Shown piece by piece: positions 10,465 to 19,065 of a DNA stretch of 64,000 bases. The DNA comes from a virus. The notes under the pieces are model-generated. The model saw only the letters and a list, made by a program, of their open reading frames with translations, was not told the DNA's origin and searched no databases. Positions within the stretch are counted from its first letter, which is position 1. The number at the start of each line of letters is the position of its first letter. The stretch is from positions 1 to 64,000 of IMG/VR virus record IMGVR_UViG_3300028883_000033; one strand, given 5' to 3'. The position numbers and the translations under genes are program-made.

Positions 10465-11166
10465 ATGGCTGAAATCATCATTAGCTCGTATTTTGAAGAC
10501 AATAGCGGGCCAATTACAGGACTGACACCGACAGTTCGCATCTGGGATGTTGGAACTGTTAGTGATGAGTTGGTGGTTGGTGCGACTTGTGGAACTGGAC
10601 AGGCAACTGACGGTGTAATGATTGAAGTAGAAGACTGTGGGTCTCCTGCTGGTGAACAGGATGGTTTCTATCGTTTTGTTTTTACGGATACCATTGGATA
10701 TAATCCTACAAAAACTTATGTTGTCCGGGTAGACGGTGGCGTATCGCTTGCATCTAATTGTAGGTATCAAACAAGCAAAATTACTCCTGCTGACGCATTG
10801 TCTGCCGCGGATGTGGCAGACGCTGTGTGGGATGAACCTAAAGCAGATCACCTCGTCCCTGGTTCTACAGGTGAGGCGTTATCACAGACAAAAGCCGATA
10901 CAGCAGATATCATCGACAAGCTATATCTCGACGCTGATAGTGTTCTCGAAGTTGTTCAACTGCTTCTCAAACTAGAGGCTGGAAGAACGAAAATCGACCC
11001 AACCACCAACACTCTCACAGTATATGACGAGGACTGCACTACAGTTCTCCGTGTGTTTAATCTATACGATAGCACTGGTGCGCCTAGTGTCATCGATGTG
11101 TGTGAGCGTAAACCTGTAACTAAAGGTCCAAGCGACAACACTACTATTACTGATACCTGCCCGTAA
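10465..11166 (+). CDS. Putative virion structural protein (Cys-rich, one GSP)
   Basis: 233 aa; 'ADVADAVWDEP...H..PGSTGEAL' motif seen in phage fibre-associated proteins; late promoter upstream. Confidence 0.6.
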   Translation: MAEIIISSYFEDNSGPITGLTPTVRIWDVGTVSDELVVGATCGTGQATDGVMIEVEDCGSPAGEQDGFYRFVFTDTIGYNPTKTYVVRVDGGVSLASNCRYQTSKITPADALSAADVADAVWDEPKADHLVPGSTGEALSQTKADTADIIDKLYLDADSVLEVVQLLLKLEAGRTKIDPTTNTLTVYDEDCTTVLRVFNLYDSTGAPSVIDVCERKPVTKGPSDNTTITDTCP

Positions 11167-11175
11167 GGATTTAAC

Positions 11176-11664
11176 ATGGCAGGCCAAGGAACACTTGCAA
11201 CAACAGCAATAATTACGAAGGGCTTGACCGGTGGGCATGCTCCACTTGACCCATGCAAGTCGGGGTTGATTACGACACCCTTTTCATTATACTGCACTGG
11301 TATTGTTCCGCCGCCTGTTGGGCCTGGCGGTGGCGGGCCATACCCACGCGATGCATGGAATAAATTCAATCCAGGTGATATCAAAAACTTCTATCAACCG
11401 GTTCCTGAGGAATATTACATCATTCCACGGGATCAGGAAGAACGGTATTTCCGTCGATACCGTCACATAAAAATCACCGTGAAACTTGGAACATTCACCA
11501 CTGAAAAGGAATTCAGTGTTCCCGAAAAACGCGCTAAAATAGTGATGAAGGCGTTCAATGTGCTTGAAGCTACAAAAGAAAACATCGACCTAGCCATCAC
11601 AAACATTAGACGAATAACGTCTGATATTGTGGTTAAAGTAAAGAACCTGCGTCTGAAGAAGTAA
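11176..11664 (+). CDS. Hypothetical protein
   Basis: 162 aa, AAGGA SD, abuts the previous gene. Confidence 0.7.
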   Translation: MAGQGTLATTAIITKGLTGGHAPLDPCKSGLITTPFSLYCTGIVPPPVGPGGGGPYPRDAWNKFNPGDIKNFYQPVPEEYYIIPRDQEERYFRRYRHIKITVKLGTFTTEKEFSVPEKRAKIVMKAFNVLEATKENIDLAITNIRRITSDIVVKVKNLRLKK

Positions 11665-11666
11665 CG

Positions 11667-11674
11667 CATAAATA
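11667..11674 (+). promoter_or_regulatory. Late promoter CATAAATA
   Basis: Intergenic, 21 nt upstream of ATG 11696. Confidence 0.65.
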
Positions 11675-11695
11675 CATGAAATATTAGGAACTGCT

Positions 11696-12502
11696 ATGGA
11701 CAACGTCGTATCAATCAATCACACGAAAGAAAATGTTATTGAATTCGACCTCACAATGGAGGGTGTCGAATCTAAAGACGTGGATGTTCGTTTTATGGTC
11801 GAATCTAAAGGCATGGAATTGTGCTTTAAAGCGGCCAAGAAAGAAAAAAACACATGGTTTGTCAAACTTCCCAAGTTGCCGATGTTAGAGCGTACTGCAT
11901 ACAAGTTTACCATTGAAGTTCATGCAGATGGGTATTTCTTTAAAGTATTCAACGGCACGCTCAATGTTGTTGGGTCAGCTGAAATATATTCATCAGAACC
12001 TAAGAACGTCACGCTGAAACCTACGAAATCAGAAGACAAACAGACTGACAAAGAAGACGATAAAACCTCCAAGTCTAAAGATAAAGACAAGAAGGAAGAG
12101 AAAAAGGTTCAAGAATCATCTCGGCCTCGAGAGAAGTCTATCGAGCAGATTGCTAGGGAAATGATGGAGCGTAATAAGTCAGAGGGCACCTCTAACGAAA
12201 AACCAGTTACAAAACCAGCCGAGAAGATCGTCGAAAAGGTTGAACCAAAAGCAGACAAAAAACCCGAAAATCTTGTCGGGAAAGTTTGGGGTGGGCATAC
12301 GGACGATCAAATTGAGGAGATTGCTCGCAATCTGCTAGAGGGTAAGGATTTTTCAGCGGCAGCCTTAGATGAAAAGGTTAAAGAAGTCCGCGAAGCTGCA
12401 AAAGATCCAGCTAACTCCAAAGACGCTAAAGTTCTAGAGATTCTTGAATCGGCTGGTATCACACTCAAAAGAAATAAGAAGCGTCGCTTCTCATTACATT
12501 AA
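11696..12502 (+). CDS. Hypothetical protein with N-terminal beta domain and K/E-rich C-terminus
   Basis: 268 aa, AGGA SD, late promoter. Confidence 0.7.
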   Translation: MDNVVSINHTKENVIEFDLTMEGVESKDVDVRFMVESKGMELCFKAAKKEKNTWFVKLPKLPMLERTAYKFTIEVHADGYFFKVFNGTLNVVGSAEIYSSEPKNVTLKPTKSEDKQTDKEDDKTSKSKDKDKKEEKKVQESSRPREKSIEQIAREMMERNKSEGTSNEKPVTKPAEKIVEKVEPKADKKPENLVGKVWGGHTDDQIEEIARNLLEGKDFSAAALDEKVKEVREAAKDPANSKDAKVLEILESAGITLKRNKKRRFSLH

Positions 12503-13086
12503 GGCTGAACAACTCCATTCACCTTTAACTCCGCAGCTAGTTTTAGCAGGTGCTTGCACACGCCAGGAACTCGCTGGGGGTTGTTTGGCTGACGGTCTGT
12601 CTTGTTCTGGTACAATCCAGGTCCATCTCCAAATAGGCTGTTGTCGCGGTCATTGTAAATTGCAAACCGCCATCTGAAGTCAAGACAGGTGCACCGAACT
12701 TTCACATTGTTTCGCGATAAGTGGATTGGCTCGATTGTGTAATCTTTACCATCCGCAGCTTGGAATGTTACCAATGTAGGATCATTTTCAACTTCAGGAT
12801 TGTCTTCCATGTTGACGTAGTTGACGTTGAGAAACATCATCTGGGGTTGATATGAATTACCGCTGTTGATACTGTTTACGGTGGAGTTTACTCCAAGTGC
12901 CCCTTCATAAGGGATCAGTTCCAGATTGCGGATCTGGACAGAGTTCGTTGCTGCTGAACGATTCTCGCCAGGCATGTTGTTGAGGGTGTTGCGCTCAAGA
13001 TCGGCATATGTAGAATCTTCAGCCAGAAATTCTTCAAGCTGTTTTGCAATGCGAGCGCCGCGTATAAACATGTAATTCTTATCCAT
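12499..13086 (-). CDS. SWIM-type zinc-finger protein
   Basis: CTCLDF...CKH (CxC...CxH) signature; start 13086 (or 13089). Confidence 0.75.
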   Translation of the reverse strand: MDKNYMFIRGARIAKQLEEFLAEDSTYADLERNTLNNMPGENRSAATNSVQIRNLELIPYEGALGVNSTVNSINSGNSYQPQMMFLNVNYVNMEDNPEVENDPTLVTFQAADGKDYTIEPIHLSRNNVKVRCTCLDFRWRFAIYNDRDNSLFGDGPGLYQNKTDRQPNNPQRVPGVCKHLLKLAAELKVNGVVQP

Positions 13087-13091
13087 CATAA

Positions 13092-13099
13092 TATTTATG
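13092..13099 (-). promoter_or_regulatory. Late promoter CATAAATA, 5 nt before the ATG at 13086
   Basis: Direct motif match. Confidence 0.6.
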
Positions 13100-13104
13100 A
13101 TGGA

Positions 13105-13126
13105 AGAAGGCCCCGAAGGGCCTTCT
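13105..13126 (-). terminator. Hairpin terminator after the HD/kinase gene
   Basis: AGAAGGCCC-TTCG-GGGCCTTCT, 9-bp stem with UUCG loop; weak U tail. Confidence 0.65.
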
Positions 13127-13127
13127 G

Positions 13128-14228
13128 TTAGAGATTACCGTCGGATACAAGAATTTCGTCAAATTCTCCGATCTGGGGCAGGTTGATGCCCATGTACTGT
13201 CGTTGAACAGCTTCCACAGGCACTTCCTTATCGTCACGAGTCTTCTGACGATTGATCACGGTACGCAGTTCAACCGGGAGCAGATATGCCGCAATCCAAT
13301 ATCCACGGTTTCGAGCTTCCGTGATGTAGAACCGACGATTCTTTTTCGAAGTGTTGGTGTTATCCAAGTACATATCCTTGTTCTCGCGCAACGTATCACG
13401 GAAACGGTCGTTGCACGTCGCACGGAAATGCTTATCCTTTGTGGACTGGATGAATGCATAGTCGTACGGCTCACCATACAATTCCAACCGCATAGCGTCC
13501 AAGGAGAACACATTCATATCACCAAGCGAACGCAGAAGCGTTGACTTACCAGACCCAGAGGCTCCGATAGGTACGTACATCGTTGGTCGATCGTTTCGCG
13601 TATCATACAACGCAGAATGTCCTGACACGCCGATCAACTGGTTCTCAAAGTCACCTACCCACTCTTCGGTGTTGGCAAGTTTCTCTTCAGCATCATCTGA
13701 GATACGGCCGAGCGTATCAGCCATCAAGTGATTGATGAACGCTTTGTCCATGCCGTTTGCCAACAGAGTCAGCATCAGGCTGTTCAGCTTATCACGATGC
13801 TTCAGACCATAAGGGAGATGCTGTTCGATGATGAAACCAACACGGAAGATGTCAATCGGCTCGAAGTTGAACCGGGTAGACAGCATGGTCCAATTACGCA
13901 CAGCCCAGTCTTCCCACAGACGAGCAGAAATCTGCTCATGACCGGCGAAGCGCTTGTACTCTCCACGATCCTCGCGGAAAACAACTTGCATAGCACCAGG
14001 CTTACCAACGTCGTGGAATGCGGCAGCGAATGCACCAATTAGGTCCGACTTCAACCACACAAGCGGAGTGCGCGCAATGTATTGAGCAACGACCATATCG
14101 GTATGGACGCCAACGGTGCGCTCACGGTGCCACGGGCTCTCTTCGGATGTCATGTCCATGTCGAGGTACACTTCATCCAACCGGAATTCGTCGTAGTACC
14201 AATGAATAAATTGTTGATGCACTGTCAT
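13128..14228 (-). CDS. HD-domain phosphohydrolase fused to a P-loop (AAA_33 / polynucleotide-kinase-like) domain
   Basis: PWH.E.TVGVHT, AAFHDVGKP, FAGHE (HD); IGASGSGKST Walker A; DNTN...RR and R..R...VP lid motifs. Confidence 0.85.
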   Translation of the reverse strand: MTVHQQFIHWYYDEFRLDEVYLDMDMTSEESPWHRERTVGVHTDMVVAQYIARTPLVWLKSDLIGAFAAAFHDVGKPGAMQVVFREDRGEYKRFAGHEQISARLWEDWAVRNWTMLSTRFNFEPIDIFRVGFIIEQHLPYGLKHRDKLNSLMLTLLANGMDKAFINHLMADTLGRISDDAEEKLANTEEWVGDFENQLIGVSGHSALYDTRNDRPTMYVPIGASGSGKSTLLRSLGDMNVFSLDAMRLELYGEPYDYAFIQSTKDKHFRATCNDRFRDTLRENKDMYLDNTNTSKKNRRFYITEARNRGYWIAAYLLPVELRTVINRQKTRDDKEVPVEAVQRQYMGINLPQIGEFDEILVSDGNL

Positions 14229-15502
14229 GCAGCTTCTTCCTGTTTAATTTCTTCGATGACCTTCACTCGGGTGAGAACAGTCTGAGCCCAGCCGTTGTAA
14301 TCATCATGTTTTTTGATCGTACCTTTGATCTTATAGTATCCATCAAGTTCCATCTCAGGGTCAACATTTGCCCACCATGTCAGGGTACGACCATCCTCAT
14401 CTCGGAACTCGTGCAGGCGAACAGTGCCGAAGGGACCATCAAACGAACGACGCTTCTTCAACTTAACGATAAAGTCACGACGCTCTTTGACGTTGCCGAT
14501 ATGTTCATTGAGTTTCGGTTCCCGTTCTGCAAGACGGAGCCTTTCCATAGCCCGCTGGTAACCAGACATCACTGAACACCAGTACCCAAACAGATGAGTT
14601 GGAACGCCATCAGCTTGGTCGATGGCATGGAGGTTGTGCCAGTACTCACCTTCACCAGTCTGTTCTTGAAGCCAAGCGCGAGCGGCAACAGCTTCCTCTC
14701 TCCATTTCGGATTGTCGAGGTCAAGGTCATCTCGCCACTTCTTCCATGCCTCGTATGCCTGTTTGTATCGACTATCAGGTGGAAAATATGCTTGAAGCAC
14801 CTCACCTGCCGTCGCGTTATGTTCCTCATCAGATGCAGACCTTGGAACCCAGCCATACTTGTCGATCATGGCTGCTGTTTTGATCAATACGTCAATGTGA
14901 TCAAACGTAAAGAACCGTTGGCCAGACCCGCCAAAACCGAATTTTTCTTCATCATCAAACTGCTCGGAAAAACTCAACAGCGATCGCATATAGCGCATGA
15001 TGGCGCTGGGGTCGTAACCAATAAAGTCACGAACGCACTGACGGCCAACGCGCTTATAGTCGCCGGTATCATCTTCTTGAAGAACAAAGGTCTCGTTCCG
15101 ACGACGGACTTTCCCACAGTGATCGCACGATGCGTCAGCTGTATGAAACTGGCTTGGGATTTCTTCACCAGGAACAGTATTGACAATCACAGCACCTGGC
15201 AATGAATAATGATCAAGCGTTCCTAGGAATTTCCACCCTTCGATTCTCGGAGCTTCCCCAATCAGCTCAATCTCGATCATCGTCACATGCGGAACTTCCG
15301 CTGCTCCCCAGATCTCAGCTTTTTCTTCATACCCCTTTGCAACGACGGATTTGCTACCAAGCGTGCGGTAGGTCAGGTGTGGGCAGCTTAGTTTATCTGC
15401 CTTTTTGTTGAATTTTGCTATTTGGGCCTTGAGTGTGACCTCGTGATGTTCCGGAATCCAGAAAGTTTCCGGCTGATCTTGATTTTCATGTTGGTCACAC
15501 AT
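14225..15502 (-). CDS. Phage hypothetical protein with a Zn-binding motif and probable C-terminal OB fold
   Basis: 425 aa; CDHC...VGRQC; C-terminal 'IKGTIKKHDDYNGWAQTVLTRVK'; GAGAGG-like SD. Confidence 0.7.
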   Translation of the reverse strand: MCDQHENQDQPETFWIPEHHEVTLKAQIAKFNKKADKLSCPHLTYRTLGSKSVVAKGYEEKAEIWGAAEVPHVTMIEIELIGEAPRIEGWKFLGTLDHYSLPGAVIVNTVPGEEIPSQFHTADASCDHCGKVRRRNETFVLQEDDTGDYKRVGRQCVRDFIGYDPSAIMRYMRSLLSFSEQFDDEEKFGFGGSGQRFFTFDHIDVLIKTAAMIDKYGWVPRSASDEEHNATAGEVLQAYFPPDSRYKQAYEAWKKWRDDLDLDNPKWREEAVAARAWLQEQTGEGEYWHNLHAIDQADGVPTHLFGYWCSVMSGYQRAMERLRLAEREPKLNEHIGNVKERRDFIVKLKKRRSFDGPFGTVRLHEFRDEDGRTLTWWANVDPEMELDGYYKIKGTIKKHDDYNGWAQTVLTRVKVIEEIKQEEAA

Positions 15503-15534
15503 GGACCCTCTCCGCTCTCATTTACGATAGGAGT

Positions 15535-15563
15535 ATTATAGGGTCATTTTAAGAAAAGGTCAA
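15535..15563 (-). promoter_or_regulatory. Sigma70-type early promoter TTGACC-N17-TATAAT
   Basis: Near-consensus -35/-10 upstream of 15502. Confidence 0.8.
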
Positions 15564-15569
15564 CAGGGG

Positions 15570-17150
15570 TTAGACGATAATTGGTAGACCTTCATCGCCT
15601 TCGTCATACCCACCATCGTAGCCATCCCACTGACTCTGATCCCACTCATTATATTCCCCTGCATACAGTTTATCGAATGCTTCTTGGTCATAGGAAGCTA
15701 TTTCCTCAATCAGTCGAACAACGATTAGCGCTGCTGATATGCAATCATCAGTGGAACCTAGCTGGGCAGCATACGCCCCTTTGTTTCGAACATATGCTTT
15801 TAATTCCGCAAGCAGTACTTGCGACATGATATGGAGATGTCCTTTTTCGAACATTTCTTTGAAGTTGACGCACGCTTTCATTTTCGAGCGCGCTGTTGTC
15901 GTCATTCCCCGCTTGTTCTTTCCTTCCTCAGAAACGAACTCAGCATTTTCGGGAGGTTTCTCGTCGGCTTCGTATAATGCTATGACGCCTTCACCAACAC
16001 CATTATTCTCAACCGAGAAATAAACCATCGTGTGTTTCTTCTCGAGGTACCGGATCAGGTTTTTCAATACAGTATACAAATCATTCGTTGACATTGTGTT
16101 CGATCGGTATTCAGCGACCTGTATCAGTGTTGGGAACTCAAATACGGTAATAACAGAATAGTCCTCGCCCGAACCAGTAGCTGGGTCAACCCCTATTAGG
16201 TACGTACCCCCCTCGTTGATTTCTCGATACATTACCACATCATTAACAACGTTGATCGGTCTGATCTTTTCAATTTGAGGTGTTATGTTTGCTAGGAATA
16301 TAGAACTAATCAACAATGCTTCAGACGACAAGAACGTACATTCATATTCCTGTTGCCATTTTCTTTCGCCAAGTTTAGCTATCTGATCCTCTTTAAACTT
16401 TTCGTCGCGTCCTGGCGGCTCATCCCAGTGAACGCGTATAGGTCTGAACCCGTTGTGTCCGCACTTAGATTTTGGATCAGTGCTGGGAATGTTTGCACCA
16501 CGCCAAATTTCAGCAAAGATGTCCATATCGCCGTTTGGTGTAGATGTCATAATACAACTACCACCTGTCGCCAATGTAGGCGAAATGGATGTCCAGAATT
16601 GGTCTTGAATGTTTGGAGCTACGAACGCAAATTCGTCCAAGTATAGGAGAGATATAGAAAATCCTCGACCGGCGTTCTCAGATGTTGCTGTCGACATGAT
16701 ACGAGAGCCGTTGTCGAAACCAATTGTGTGCTTGTTCCACCCATCGTCACGAACGCCCGGCTTAATCCAAAACGGTAGGTGTTCATATGCAAACCGAATG
16801 CGCTCAATCATCTCCATCGCATGGTCGTTTGCGCGAGATGCTATTAGAACTGTTTTATCGAAGTTGAATATCGCATACCACAATAAGAAGGCTGCGGATA
16901 CCGTTGACTTACCAGTCTGTCGAGCAGAAAGGACAATCGTATATTGTTCATCATGGAAGGCTTCGATCATCTTTTCCTGGTATGGAAATAATTCAAACGG
17001 AACCGTTCCTTTAGTTGGGTGAACAATCTTTACGTAGTGTTTGATAAAGTATACGGGATCTTGAGCACACCTCTTGAGTTCTTGAATTTGCTCGTAAGTA
17101 TACTCTTCCTGCTGGTTAGCTTTTTTAATGTAGATATTCTTACCAGCCAT
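15570..17150 (-). CDS. terL: Terminase large subunit (T4 gp17-like)
   Basis: SARQTGKST Walker A, LYLDEFAF Walker B, STPNG, GVDPATG RNase H-like nuclease domain, DDCISA. Confidence 0.96.
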   Translation of the reverse strand: MAGKNIYIKKANQQEEYTYEQIQELKRCAQDPVYFIKHYVKIVHPTKGTVPFELFPYQEKMIEAFHDEQYTIVLSARQTGKSTVSAAFLLWYAIFNFDKTVLIASRANDHAMEMIERIRFAYEHLPFWIKPGVRDDGWNKHTIGFDNGSRIMSTATSENAGRGFSISLLYLDEFAFVAPNIQDQFWTSISPTLATGGSCIMTSTPNGDMDIFAEIWRGANIPSTDPKSKCGHNGFRPIRVHWDEPPGRDEKFKEDQIAKLGERKWQQEYECTFLSSEALLISSIFLANITPQIEKIRPINVVNDVVMYREINEGGTYLIGVDPATGSGEDYSVITVFEFPTLIQVAEYRSNTMSTNDLYTVLKNLIRYLEKKHTMVYFSVENNGVGEGVIALYEADEKPPENAEFVSEEGKNKRGMTTTARSKMKACVNFKEMFEKGHLHIMSQVLLAELKAYVRNKGAYAAQLGSTDDCISAALIVVRLIEEIASYDQEAFDKLYAGEYNEWDQSQWDGYDGGYDEGDEGLPIIV

Positions 17151-17319
17151 GGTTACTCCTTACTTGTTTAACGAGGCGTTCAATAACTCGTAAGTCAGCA
17201 TCACTCAGTTGTAGTGGGGTACACTCTTTGCGTGTTTGTCCCGTCACAGCAAGAAGAATATCATTTCGCGTCGCTAGTACGGTAAGTGATTTGGGTTTAT
17301 ACGTTCCTTCGGTTTTCAT
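17140..17319 (-). CDS. Small hypothetical protein, 59 aa (not in the ORF track)
   Basis: MKTEGTYKPKSLTVLATRNDILLAV...VRSNHGW*; fills the terS-terL gap, overlaps the terL start; CTAAGTA late-like box 5 nt upstream. Confidence 0.5.
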   Translation of the reverse strand: MKTEGTYKPKSLTVLATRNDILLAVTGQTRKECTPLQLSDADLRVIERLVKQVRSNHGW

Positions 17320-17353
17320 ACGGATACTTAGGGGTCATAGTTGATGGGGTGAC

Positions 17354-17800
17354 CTACTCTTTATCAGTACCCATAATCTGTTTAAGGATCTCATTTCTGT
17401 CAGCTACTACAAGATTGTTGTTAACCGTTTTCGGACCTGTCGCTTTACGATCATTCAACATTTTGTCTTTGAACTGCTTTAGGCCTGCTTTTTCTCGAGC
17501 AGCGTTAAGAGCTGTGTTTAAATACTGAACAGCGACCTCTTGATTTCGAGCTCGATATTTTGGTTCAACAGCTTCGGTGTCCATTGCTTGCTGTTCATAC
17601 GCATCCATAGCAGCGTCATATACTTCTTGAAACTGCTCTTCGATTTCCTTGTCCTTGTTGTCATATTCATCGGCGACAACCATTTCCGTGCTTCTAGCAG
17701 GCGGGGCAGGAATTAACGTCGAACCTGGTTCAAGGTCCAATACTTCTTCCATTGGATGTTCAATAATTTTGAAGTCTTCGGGTAAATCTCGATCACTCAT
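17354..17800 (-). CDS. terS: Terminase small subunit (gp16-like)
   Basis: Start re-called to MSDRDLPED (AGGTGG SD); helical core and C-terminal 'TVNNNLVVADRNEILK' typical of these TerS; upstream of terL. Confidence 0.75.
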   Translation of the reverse strand: MSDRDLPEDFKIIEHPMEEVLDLEPGSTLIPAPPARSTEMVVADEYDNKDKEIEEQFQEVYDAAMDAYEQQAMDTEAVEPKYRARNQEVAVQYLNTALNAAREKAGLKQFKDKMLNDRKATGPKTVNNNLVVADRNEILKQIMGTDKE

Positions 17801-17828
17801 ATTCCACCTTTTATGCGGGGTTTTATCA

Positions 17829-17836
17829 TATTTATT
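17829..17836 (-). promoter_or_regulatory. Late promoter AATAAATA for terS
   Basis: Motif 28 nt upstream of the re-called start. Confidence 0.55.
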
Positions 17837-17866
17837 ACTTTTTAGGGCCGAGATCCTAAATAGGTG

Positions 17867-17895
17867 TTGCCGTATATCCGAATTTCCGGTAATAT
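17867..17895 (+). promoter_or_regulatory. Sigma70-type promoter TTGCCG-N17-TAATAT inside an imperfect inverted repeat
   Basis: Direct reading; upstream of the two + strand secreted-protein genes. Confidence 0.55.
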
Positions 17896-17942
17896 GGGCA
17901 CCGTTAATTCGCAACTAAGATTAAATCTTAAAGGACATGATT

Positions 17943-18395
17943 ATGAAAAAAATTATCGCAATCGCCGCTCTGGCACTGGTATCTACTACAGCATCCGCAT
18001 GGGCATGGAACGACAGTTCTTCCTGGTATGGCGACAACACTGCTAATGGGGCAGGAACAGGATATGGTTCCGCTGATGGAGAAGCGACGTTCAGCATGAA
18101 CTTCACTGGTAAATCAAAATTCCGTAGCGATGTATACGGTAATGGATACGGGTACAATTACAATCGTGGGTATGGTTACTACGAAAACTATGGTGACGGT
18201 AACTGGAGTAACGACGGTGCATTTGACGGTGCTGGCAATGGTAATGCAGATGGCGAAGCATCTTTCAGCATGAACTTCACTGGCAAAGGCCGCACGTCAG
18301 GTGATAGTCGTTTTACTGGCCAGACTTATAATAGCGGGCTGGGCAACTATGCACCAGACTACAGCTACCCATACCCATACAAGTACAGCCACTAA
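17943..18395 (+). CDS. Secreted Gly/Tyr/Asn-rich protein resembling sulfur globule envelope proteins (SgpA/SgpB-like)
   Basis: Sec signal MKKIIAIAALALVSTTASA|W; duplicated ADGEA(T/S)FSMNFTGK; GNGYGYNYNRGYGY; Y/P-rich tail; AAGGA SD favours ATG 17943. Confidence 0.6.
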   Translation: MKKIIAIAALALVSTTASAWAWNDSSSWYGDNTANGAGTGYGSADGEATFSMNFTGKSKFRSDVYGNGYGYNYNRGYGYYENYGDGNWSNDGAFDGAGNGNADGEASFSMNFTGKGRTSGDSRFTGQTYNSGLGNYAPDYSYPYPYKYSH

Positions 18396-18426
18396 TTAAT
18401 TTGGAAATACACTAGGAGAATTGTAA

Positions 18427-18612
18427 ATGAAAAAACTACTTGCTATCGCCATGATCGTTATGTCAACTGCCGCATTCGCGTCATCTGATCGTGACGCTAT
18501 TGTAGCCGAACTCAACGCCAAATCTGCTGAAGGTTCTATCTTCGGTTGGTATGATAACTGCATTGGAACCATCTATAGTTCTGATGGCAGCGAATACAAA
18601 TACGATATTTGA
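18427..18612 (+). CDS. Small secreted hypothetical protein
   Basis: AGGAG SD; signal peptide MKKLLAIAMIVMSTAAFA. Confidence 0.75.
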   Translation: MKKLLAIAMIVMSTAAFASSDRDAIVAELNAKSAEGSIFGWYDNCIGTIYSSDGSEYKYDI

Positions 18613-18621
18613 TAACAGATA

Positions 18622-19065
18622 TTATCTAAACAGTTGGTTTTCTGTGACAAGACGAAAGTTGTAACCGTGCTTGTCGCAGAAAGCCTTCGCTGCTATCCAT
18701 TTCGCTTTATTGACTTCCCACTGCAACGCTTCATATAGTTGTTGCTTCTTTCGCTTTCCGCGGCGGGTTGGTGATTTTGTTTGATTCTCGGGTTTAACTT
18801 CCCATATCTCCTCTACAATTTCACCGTGTTTATTTCGATACTTAATCCAATAGTCTGGATAGTACCGATGGATTCTGCCGGTGGTAGGTTTGATGTATGG
18901 GATAGCTATCTCTTCGCTACTCCACTCTAGGATGTTTGGATTACCATCTAGGAACTGGTGCGCTTTTAGTTCCCATGATGACATATAACGAATCTTTGTT
19001 GGATCGCCTTTATATTTGCTTGGGTTTCTTGGGGTAAAGTATCCTTGTCTATATGAACGCGCCAT
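18622..19065 (-). CDS. Head completion protein (T4 gp4-like, TnsA-like nuclease fold)
   Basis: F.P.NP.KY.GD..I.Y.SSWE, WSSEE..IPY, RYYPD, EVKP, NKAKW.AA. Confidence 0.92.
   Translation of the reverse strand: MARSYRQGYFTPRNPSKYKGDPTKIRYMSSWELKAHQFLDGNPNILEWSSEEIAIPYIKPTTGRIHRYYPDYWIKYRNKHGEIVEEIWEVKPENQTKSPTRRGKRKKQQLYEALQWEVNKAKWIAAKAFCDKHGYNFRLVTENQLFR

Noticed and set aside
15570-17150. Intein or intron in terminase (portal, MCP and helicase also checked)
   Set aside because: Lengths are ordinary; no intein terminal motifs or homing-endonuclease inserts seen.
17801-17914. N-terminal extension of terS in the ORF track
   Set aside because: Overlaps promoters; ATG 17800 has an AGGTGG SD and a late box upstream.
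18622-19065. TnsA-like nuclease as a sign of a Tn7-type transposon
   Set aside because: Matches T4 gp4 head-completion motifs and position; no other transposition genes.
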